Below, piece after piece: positions 56,972 to 64,000 of a DNA stretch of 64,000 nt. Made by a program: the position numbers and the translations under genes. Under the pieces are notes generated by a model. The model did not search any database and was not told the origin of the DNA. It saw nothing but the letters and a program-made list of their open reading frames with translations. The DNA lies in NCBI GenBank assembly GCA_963667815.1, contig OY764021.1. One strand, given 5' to 3'. Source of the DNA: an uncultured Saccharicrinis sp. (lineage in GTDB: Bacteria > Bacteroidota > Bacteroidia > Bacteroidales > Marinilabiliaceae). How positions within the stretch are numbered: the stretch's first letter is position 1; the number at the start of each line of letters is the position of its first letter.

Positions 56972-57844
56972 ATGAAGGACTTTTTTAAATACACAACCGT
57001 AAGTGATGAAGATAAAGATTGGGGCTTATATTTAAATGTAGCCGGAAAGGCTACAATTCCTGCCAATATTAATTATCCTTTAAAGAATCATCCCAGCGGT
57101 TACTTTTTTAGCTGGAAAAATGGCAGAACTTTAAATGAATATCAAATTAACTTTATTACAGAAGGTTCTGGTGTACTGGAAAATAAAAGAGGTAAATTTC
57201 AGGTAAAGCCAGGTACTCTAATGATCATCCGTAAAGATGAATGGCACAGATACAGACCAACAAAATCTGATGGCTGGGTTGAAAATTATATTGGTTTCGA
57301 TGGATTACTTGCCAATCATTATTTACAAAAAAACCAGGTTTTACAAGGACAGTCTGTTATACATTGTGGCGCAAGAGAAGATATTATCGACACCTATTAT
57401 AAAATATTTGAGCTAATTCAGAATGAAGATCCAGGAAACCAACACATCGCTTCAGGATTAATTATCAAACTATTGGGATATATTGTAGCATGGCAAAAAC
57501 AAAAAGACTTCTCAGGAAAACCCATAGAAAAACTTATACAATATGCTCGCTTTTATATGCGTGAACATATTGAGGATGAAATTGATTTAAAAAAATTAGC
57601 AGATCAAAACTGCATTGGCTATTCCTATTTTAGAAAGATGTTTAAAAAATATACTGGCATTGCTCCACACCAATATCATATCGATTTAAAAATAATGCGT
57701 GCTAAAGAACTGATTCTTACTACAGACAAAAGTTTAAAAGAAATCAGTTACGAACTAAAATTTCAGTCCATACATTATTTTAGTCGCCTATTTAAAAAGA
57801 AATTAGGCATCCCTCCTTCTGAATTAAGATCTAGCATTAAATAA
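56972..57844 (+). CDS. AraC-family regulator divergent from rhaT (probable rhamnose activator)
   Basis: N-terminal cupin (W..GR.LNEYQ, WHRYRP); double HTH YFRKMFKKYTG, ISYELKF.S..YFSRLFKK. Confidence 0.9.
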   Translation: MKDFFKYTTVSDEDKDWGLYLNVAGKATIPANINYPLKNHPSGYFFSWKNGRTLNEYQINFITEGSGVLENKRGKFQVKPGTLMIIRKDEWHRYRPTKSDGWVENYIGFDGLLANHYLQKNQVLQGQSVIHCGAREDIIDTYYKIFELIQNEDPGNQHIASGLIIKLLGYIVAWQKQKDFSGKPIEKLIQYARFYMREHIEDEIDLKKLADQNCIGYSYFRKMFKKYTGIAPHQYHIDLKIMRAKELILTTDKSLKEISYELKFQSIHYFSRLFKKKLGIPPSELRSSIK

Positions 57845-57885
57845 TAACATATCTAAACAATATTTATTTCTTTTTACATTTTTTA

Positions 57886-57917
57886 ACATTAAAGTGTGTG
57901 CGCACACACTTTAATGT
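57886..57917. promoter_or_regulatory. Perfect 32-bp palindrome ACATTAAAGTGTGTGCGCACACACTTTAATGT, candidate operator of uxaBAC
   Basis: No spacer, central CG; ends 3 nt before a TATCTTTG -7 box (57921-57928). Confidence 0.7.
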
Positions 57918-57977
57918 GCTTATCTTTGTTGCACATATTTTCCATAAAAATCATATTTCGAAAATTATAAACATATT

Positions 57978-59417
57978 ATGAAAGCATTAAACAATGAAAC
58001 TGTTCAGGGCCGTAAGTCCTATCCTGTAAAAATTCTTCAGTTTGGTGAAGGAAACTTTTTACGTGCATTTGTAGATTGGATGATTCAACAAGCAAACAAA
58101 CAAATTGATTATAACGCCGGAGTTGTAATTGTACAACCATTGGCTAATGGTTTAGTTGAAATGCTTAAAAAGCAAGATTGCATGTATCATGTTTCTTTAC
58201 AAGGTATTAAAGATGGTAAGCCTGTGGAAGAAACTGAATTGATTGAATGTGTAATGGATGCAGTGAATCCTTATGCTGAATATGCTAAATATGAAGAGTA
58301 TTTCTTATCTGAAGATTTAGAAATTGTTATTTCAAATACTACAGAAGCAGGTATTAGCAGAATTGATGATGAGGACATTAATGCTTTACCTCCTAAATCA
58401 TACCCAGGTAAAATGACAGCTCTCTTATATAAGAGATATAAAAAATATGCTGGTGCAACAGACAAAGGTTTAAGTGTAATTTGTTGTGAATTAATTGATA
58501 AAAATGCAGATATACTTAAAGAAATTGTTTTAGAATTAGCAGAACAAAATAATTTAGAAGCAGACTTTATCAACTGGTTAAATACAGCATGTACTTTCAG
58601 CAGTACTCTAGTTGACCGTATTGTTCCAGGATTTCCTAAAGACAATATCAAAGAAATTCAAGCCGAATTAGGTTATGAAGACAACTTGGTTGTTGTTGGA
58701 GAGTATTTTCACTTATGGGCTATTGAAGCTGGAGAAGATGTTCGCAGTAAATTCCCTATGGATAGTGCAGGGTTAAATGTGGTTTGGTTAGACGACATGA
58801 AAGCTTTCCGTGATAAAAAAGTAAGAGTATTAAATGGTTCACATACAGCATTAGTACCTGTTGGTTTATTATGTGGTCATGAAACTGTAAAAGAAGCATT
58901 TGATGACGAAACTGTTTCTACCTATATCAAAAGCATGGTAGCCGAAGAAGTGTTACCAAACATTGAAGGTGATAAAGAAAAACTAGTTGCTTTTGCTGAT
59001 GAAATTTTAGAGCGTTTCTTTAATCCATATATCCGTCACTTCTTAAAAGATATTTCATTAAACTCATTATCTAAATGGGTAACCAGAGATTTCCCAACAG
59101 TTAAAGATACAGTTGCCAGTACAGGAAAACTTCCTAAAAAAGTGACTTTCTCTTTAGCAGCGTTACTTGTATTGTACAAACCTGGTAATCCAATTGGTTT
59201 CGAAGCTAAAGATACGCCTGAGCTATTAGAAATTATTAACTCAGTTTGGGCTTCTGATTCTTCTGTTGAAGAAAAAGTACAAGCAATATTAAGTAATGAT
59301 AAGATTTGGGGAATTAACCTTGATGAAGTTGAAGGTTTCTCTGCGGCAGTAGCAAGTTACGTTAACAATATACTTGACAACTCAATTCAATCAGCTTTAG
59401 CTGATATTCTTAAATAA
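57978..59417 (+). CDS. uxaB: Tagaturonate reductase (altronate oxidoreductase)
   Basis: ILQFGEGNFLRAFVDW, SNTTEAGI, VDRIVPG, KVRVLNGSHT. Confidence 0.95.
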   Translation: MKALNNETVQGRKSYPVKILQFGEGNFLRAFVDWMIQQANKQIDYNAGVVIVQPLANGLVEMLKKQDCMYHVSLQGIKDGKPVEETELIECVMDAVNPYAEYAKYEEYFLSEDLEIVISNTTEAGISRIDDEDINALPPKSYPGKMTALLYKRYKKYAGATDKGLSVICCELIDKNADILKEIVLELAEQNNLEADFINWLNTACTFSSTLVDRIVPGFPKDNIKEIQAELGYEDNLVVVGEYFHLWAIEAGEDVRSKFPMDSAGLNVVWLDDMKAFRDKKVRVLNGSHTALVPVGLLCGHETVKEAFDDETVSTYIKSMVAEEVLPNIEGDKEKLVAFADEILERFFNPYIRHFLKDISLNSLSKWVTRDFPTVKDTVASTGKLPKKVTFSLAALLVLYKPGNPIGFEAKDTPELLEIINSVWASDSSVEEKVQAILSNDKIWGINLDEVEGFSAAVASYVNNILDNSIQSALADILK

Positions 59418-59429
59418 CATTTTATGGGT

Positions 59430-59470
59430 CCGGATAGCTTTTGTTTAATAAAAAATACAAAACTATCCGG
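59430..59470 (+). terminator. Intercistronic hairpin uxaB-uxaA
   Basis: CCGGATAG.TTTTGT...ACAAAACTATCCGG inverted repeat. Confidence 0.5.
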
Positions 59471-59546
59471 GTTACTTTTTAGAGAAATTTGAATAACCTC
59501 AACTTCTCTAATTCTTTTATAGTATCAGCAATAAAAAACTATTATT

Positions 59547-61055
59547 ATGAAGCATTTACATATTCAACCAGGAGATAATGTAATAGTTGCCCTGGAACCA
59601 GTGAGTGCCGGTACCAGCTTCGAGTTTGAAGGCAACACCATTACCGTTGCATCAGATATTCCGCAAGCTCATAAAATTGCCATTGCTCCAATTAAAAAAG
59701 GTGAGCAAATTTTAAAATATGGTAGTTCTATTGGGGTTGCTCAAGAAGATATCGAAATAGGTATGCATGTTCATGTTCACAATATCAAAACTGGTCTTGG
59801 TGACATACTTGAATACTGCTATGAGCCAGTAGAACCAGATGTAAAAGTAACATTAGAAGAGAAGTTTTTTGATGGTTATGAGCGTGCAAATGGAGAAGTT
59901 GGTATTAGAAATGAACTTTGGATTATTCCTACAGTAGGCTGTGTTAATGGAGTATCAGAGTCAATCGCAAAAAAGTTTACCGAAAAATGTATGAAATCCG
60001 GTTTATTCTTTGATGAATTGGATTATTTTGATGGAATATATACATTCCCGCACAATTATGGTTGCTCACAAATGGGTGATGATCATATTAATACTCGCGA
60101 AACACTTCAAAATATTGTAAGACACCCTAATGCAGGAGCTGTTCTTGTGGTAGGACTTGGTTGCGAAAACAATCAGGTAAGCGCTTTTAAAGAAACTTTA
60201 GGTGAATATGATCCATCAAGAATCAAATTCATTACAACTCAAGATCTTAAGGATGAAATCACCTCAGGATTGGACGTGGTTTCAGAACTTTTTGATGCGT
60301 TAAAAGAAGACCGTAGAACAAAACAACCATTATCAAAACTAAGATTAGGTCTTGAGTGTGGTGGTTCTGATGGTTTTAGTGGTATTACTGCTAATCCAAT
60401 GTTAGGTAGAGTGTCTGATTATGTGATTCATTACGGTGGTACCAGTGTACTAACTGAAGTACCAGAAATGTTTGGTGCAGAAACAATTCTGATGAACCGC
60501 TGTGAAACCAAAGAAGTTTTTCAGAAAACTGTAGATATGGTTAATGACTTTAAAAATTACTATAAACGTCATAATCAGGTTATCTACGAAAATCCTTCTC
60601 CAGGTAATAAAAACGGTGGTATTACAACACTTGAAGATAAATCGTTGGGATGTACCATGAAAGCTGGTAATAGTAAAGTTAAAGATGTGCTCAAACATAC
60701 AGAGCGTATAAAAACATCTGGCTTAAACTTAATCAGTGCACCGGGTAACGATCTTATTGCAACAACCACTTTAGGAATGTGTGGATGTCAGATGGTATTA
60801 TTTACAACTGGTAGAGGTACTCCTTTTGGAGGATTTATTCCAACAGTAAAAGTAGCTACAAATTCACAGCTTGCTAACAGAAAGCAAAACTGGATTGATT
60901 TTAATGCCGGAAAACTAGTTGATGGCGTTAATATGGATGACTTAAGCAGTGAGTTTATTGATTTTATTTTAGAAGTAGCCAGTGGCAAAAAAACTAAAAA
61001 CGAAATCAATGGCTACCGCGAAATTGCAATTTTTAAAAGCGGAGTTACGCTATAA
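59547..61055 (+). CDS. uxaA: Altronate dehydratase
   Basis: N-terminal SAF domain (IPQAHKIA); HNYGCSQ, GLGCENN, CGGSDGFSG..ANP, FTTGRGTPFG. Confidence 0.95.
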   Translation: MKHLHIQPGDNVIVALEPVSAGTSFEFEGNTITVASDIPQAHKIAIAPIKKGEQILKYGSSIGVAQEDIEIGMHVHVHNIKTGLGDILEYCYEPVEPDVKVTLEEKFFDGYERANGEVGIRNELWIIPTVGCVNGVSESIAKKFTEKCMKSGLFFDELDYFDGIYTFPHNYGCSQMGDDHINTRETLQNIVRHPNAGAVLVVGLGCENNQVSAFKETLGEYDPSRIKFITTQDLKDEITSGLDVVSELFDALKEDRRTKQPLSKLRLGLECGGSDGFSGITANPMLGRVSDYVIHYGGTSVLTEVPEMFGAETILMNRCETKEVFQKTVDMVNDFKNYYKRHNQVIYENPSPGNKNGGITTLEDKSLGCTMKAGNSKVKDVLKHTERIKTSGLNLISAPGNDLIATTTLGMCGCQMVLFTTGRGTPFGGFIPTVKVATNSQLANRKQNWIDFNAGKLVDGVNMDDLSSEFIDFILEVASGKKTKNEINGYREIAIFKSGVTL

Positions 61056-61070
61056 TCAGAATATAATAAG

Positions 61071-61104
61071 CCAATTACATACTCTGTTGTAATTGGTTTT
61101 ATTT
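61071..61104 (+). terminator. Intercistronic hairpin uxaA-uxaC
   Basis: CCAATTACA...TGTAATTGG followed by TTTTATTT. Confidence 0.5.
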
Positions 61105-61135
61105 GTAATTCTATTAACCAAAAAAAAAATACATA

Positions 61136-62536
61136 ATGAAAACTTTTATTGATAAAGACTTTATATTATCAAACGAAACTGCAAAAAAATTATATCACGA
61201 TTACGCAGCAAAACTACCAATCATTGACTACCACTGTCACATTCCGCCACAACAAATTGCTGACGATGTACAATTCGAAAACATTACACAAATTTGGTTG
61301 TATGGCGACCATTACAAATGGAGAGCAATGCGTACCAACGGTATTCCTGAAAATGAAATTACCGGCGATGTAAGCGATTGGGATAAGTTTTATAACTGGG
61401 CTAAAACAGTTCCTTTTACTCTTCGTAATCCTCTATATCACTGGACTCATCTTGAATTAAAAAAACCATTTGGTGTAGAAGAAATTTTAGATGAAAATTC
61501 AGCTAAATCAATTTGGGAAGAATGTAATGCAAAACTACAAACTCCGGAATTTTCTTGTAAAGGATTAATCAAACAAGCAAATGTTGAAATCATTTGTACT
61601 ACTGATGACCCTGTTGATTCATTAGAGTATCATAAAAAAATTAAAGATTCTGGTTTCGAAACTAAAGTACTTCCAACCTGGAGAGCTGACAAAGCTATGG
61701 CTATCGACAACCTTGATGATTTTAACGCTTATGTAAATACATTAGCTGAAGTTGCAGGTGTTACTATAGAATCTTATGATGATTTATTAAAAGCACTACA
61801 AATCCGTCAGGATTTCTTTGCTGAAATGGGATGTAAATTATCAGACCACGGTTTAGATCGTTTCTTCTGTGATGAATATACTATTGAAGAAATCAAAGCA
61901 ATTTTTGCTAAAGCAAGAAAAGGTGAAGCTTTAACAACTGAAGAAATCAATAAATACAAATCAGCTGTATTATATCAGTTAGCTGTAATGGATCATGCTA
62001 AAGGATGGACTCAACAATTCCATATAGGCGCAATCCGTAACAACAACACCTTTATGTACAACAAACTAGGTGCTGATACTGGCTTTGATTCAATTGGCGA
62101 TGATTTAGTTGCAAAGGACATGTCCAAATTTTTAAACAGCCTTGCAACTGATGAAAAACTAACTAAAACAATTCTTTACAACTTGAATCCTGCACATAAC
62201 GAAGTTTACGCTACTATGCTTGGTAACTTCCAGGATGGAACTGTGGCAGGTAAAATTCAATGGGGTTCAGGATGGTGGTTCCTAGACCAAAAAGATGGTA
62301 TGGAAAAACAAATGAATGCGCTTTCTAACTTAGGTTTATTGAGTCGTTTTGTTGGTATGCTTACTGATTCAAGAAGTTTCTTGAGTTATAGCCGTCATGA
62401 GTATTTCCGCCGTATACTATGTAACCTTTTAGGTGAAGATGTAGAAAAAGGATTAATTCCAAACGATATGGAATTACTTAAAACATACGTTGAAAACATT
62501 TGCTATTATAACGCAAAAAACTATTTCAACTTTTAA
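61136..62536 (+). CDS. uxaC: Uronate isomerase
   Basis: IIDYHCH, DHYKWRAMR, NPLYHWTHLEL, GWWFLDQ, GMLTDSRSFLSY.RHEYFRR. Confidence 0.97.
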   Translation: MKTFIDKDFILSNETAKKLYHDYAAKLPIIDYHCHIPPQQIADDVQFENITQIWLYGDHYKWRAMRTNGIPENEITGDVSDWDKFYNWAKTVPFTLRNPLYHWTHLELKKPFGVEEILDENSAKSIWEECNAKLQTPEFSCKGLIKQANVEIICTTDDPVDSLEYHKKIKDSGFETKVLPTWRADKAMAIDNLDDFNAYVNTLAEVAGVTIESYDDLLKALQIRQDFFAEMGCKLSDHGLDRFFCDEYTIEEIKAIFAKARKGEALTTEEINKYKSAVLYQLAVMDHAKGWTQQFHIGAIRNNNTFMYNKLGADTGFDSIGDDLVAKDMSKFLNSLATDEKLTKTILYNLNPAHNEVYATMLGNFQDGTVAGKIQWGSGWWFLDQKDGMEKQMNALSNLGLLSRFVGMLTDSRSFLSYSRHEYFRRILCNLLGEDVEKGLIPNDMELLKTYVENICYYNAKNYFNF

Positions 62537-62739
62537 TTGAAAGTACAGATAAAACACTTACTTAAAAAGGTTTTATCAACACTAAATAATTATTTTAGCA
62601 TCGGTAACACTATTGTTACTGACGCTAATTATATAGTAACCGAAAGAATTGAGCTTGTAAATTTTAGTCTTTAAATTTCAAATGCATACGATTAAAATTT
62701 TTAGAGTTTCATAGGGCTAATGCAAGTAAATGAAATCAG

Positions 62740-63795
62740 ATGAAAATAAGAATAGTTGATATTGCCAAGCAAGCAGGAGTCTCAGCCGGTACTGTTGACA
62801 GAATTATTCATCAAAGAGGCAAATTCTCAGAAAAAGCTTACGAAAAGGTTCAAAAAGCAATCAAGGAGCTTGGATATGAACCTGATATTTTAGCTCGAAA
62901 TCTTGCTTTAAAAAGAGAACTTCAAATAGCCTGTCTCCTACCCGATCCTAATGATGTAAAATATTGGACTCGTCCGATGGCTGGAATTGACAAAGCCATA
63001 TCAGAGTTATCATCATTTAAAGTAAACATTCATAAAATTACATTTTCGTTAACAGCTTTAGATTTTAAGGAAGCTTTTAATAAAATTTTGGATTTAAATC
63101 CAGATGGTGTAGTTTACGTTCCTATGTTTCTGGCAGAATCAAAATTATTTGCAGACCAACTCCATGAAAGAAATATTCCTTTTGTACAAATGAATATTCA
63201 TCATGCAGAAGCTAATCCTTTATCTTTTATCGGACAAGATCCTGTTTCGGCAGGAAAAGTTGCTGCCTCACTTTGTAATTTGGCCTTTAACCAGGAAGAT
63301 GAAATATTAGTAGTATATGTTTCTAAAGGCAAACAGGAATATTCACATATTAATGACAGAATAGAGGGTTTCATTAATTTTTTCAAAGAAAAAAATATTT
63401 CTACGGACAGAATTAAACATTTACAATTAAAAGTAGATAAGGACAATGTGGACTATGAAAAGTCACTTTGTAATTATCTAAAAAAATCGCCGAAAACTAA
63501 AATAATATACGTACCCAATTCAAGAATACATCTAATTGCGGATATACTTGAAGAAAACAACATTAAAAACCTGATGCTTATTGGGTTTGATACGCTGGAA
63601 CAAAATATAAAGTACCTTCAGAAAGGTGTTATTGATTTTTTAATTGCTCAACAATCAAAGAGTCAAGGATATAATGCAGCTATTATACTTTTTAATTATT
63701 TGTTCCGCAAAGAAAACATTAAAAATATGAATTTTTTACCGGTAGATATCCTTAATAAAGAGAATATAAATTTTTATGAAGGATTACTGGAATAG
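62740..63795 (+). CDS. LacI-family regulator adjacent to uxaC (probable uronate regulator)
   Basis: RIVDIAKQAGVSAGTVDRIIH HTH, LGYEPDILARNL hinge. Confidence 0.9.
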   Translation: MKIRIVDIAKQAGVSAGTVDRIIHQRGKFSEKAYEKVQKAIKELGYEPDILARNLALKRELQIACLLPDPNDVKYWTRPMAGIDKAISELSSFKVNIHKITFSLTALDFKEAFNKILDLNPDGVVYVPMFLAESKLFADQLHERNIPFVQMNIHHAEANPLSFIGQDPVSAGKVAASLCNLAFNQEDEILVVYVSKGKQEYSHINDRIEGFINFFKEKNISTDRIKHLQLKVDKDNVDYEKSLCNYLKKSPKTKIIYVPNSRIHLIADILEENNIKNLMLIGFDTLEQNIKYLQKGVIDFLIAQQSKSQGYNAAIILFNYLFRKENIKNMNFLPVDILNKENINFYEGLLE

Positions 63796-63836
63796 ATATT
63801 GTTAATCTATAAAATCACTCAAATAAAATAATTAGC

Positions 63837-64000
63837 ATGAAATCATTAATCCTCACTTTTACACTACTCTTAGTTTTAACTTTACCTTCAGTAGCTCAAA
63901 ATTTAACAGATGCAAGTTTATTTCTAAGAAAAGATTCTATTTATACAAATGAAATTCAGGAACCATCTGGTGATTTATACAGAACAATTGGTCACCATGG
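63837..64000 (+). CDS. Secreted protein, 3'-truncated by the window edge, possibly DUF4861-like
   Basis: Hand translation MKSLILTFTLLLVLTLPSVAQNLTDASLFLRKDSIYTNEIQEPSGDLYRTIGHHG; DLY...HHG recalls DUF4861. Confidence 0.45.
   Translation, partial: MKSLILTFTLLLVLTLPSVAQNLTDASLFLRKDSIYTNEIQEPSGDLYRTIGHH

Noticed and set aside
62597-62628. Imperfect inverted repeat (AGCATCGGTAACA...TGTTACTGACGCT) after uxaC as an operator
   Set aside because: Cannot be told apart from an ordinary terminator or stability hairpin, and does not resemble the 57886 palindrome.
2917-63446. Short antisense or overlapping ORFs in the track (e.g. 6725, 18523, 21533, 27919, 29910, 35616, 36908, 40902, 44593, 56156, 58271)
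   Set aside because: They lie within well-supported genes, mostly on the opposite strand, and show no recognisable motifs; treated as shadow ORFs.
1-64000. rRNA, tRNA, selenocysteine or stop-codon recoding in the Fe-S genes
   Set aside because: No such RNA signatures were seen by eye, and all Fe-S ORFs are open without needing readthrough.

Overview
AT-rich bacterial DNA, most likely from the Bacteroidota: TAnnTTTG promoter boxes, lipoprotein signal peptides and GH20/pectin-type genes point there. An anaerobic or facultative Marinilabiliales-like host is inference only. Layout: (1) 1-4.5 kb, a small-sugar (probably fructose/sucrose) locus with a LamB-type porin, FucP-type MFS, PfkB kinase and LacI regulator, plus three readable operator palindromes. 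(2) 4.9-31 kb, a 26-kb, 19-gene co-directional cluster of unknown function. It joins terpenoid enzymes (DUF116-fused polyprenyl diphosphate synthase, a prenyltransferase-beta-barrel protein, a squalene-hopene-cyclase-like class II cyclase with intact DxDD, a radical SAM enzyme, a GT4) to a redox chain (HdrA-like ferredoxin, HydC-HydB/NuoEF fusion with bifurcation-type motifs, an alpha subunit with no catalytic domain, a NapGH-like pair with a Tat-type polyferredoxin). It also carries seven beta-propeller proteins and an ABC exporter. This is the best candidate for an undescribed system. (3) 31-39 kb, mixed two-component and housekeeping genes including ribB. (4) 39-44.5 kb, an accessory patch where an intact IS3 element has inserted exactly at the lipobox of a lipoprotein gene. 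(5) 44.5-49 kb, an uncharacterised secreted protein plus a GH20. (6) 49-64 kb, L-rhamnose catabolism with two non-canonical class II aldolases, the uxaBAC galacturonate pathway preceded by a perfect 32-bp palindrome, a LacI regulator and a truncated DUF4861-like gene. No rRNA, tRNA or CRISPR array was seen. All family calls come from motif recognition by eye; no database search was run.
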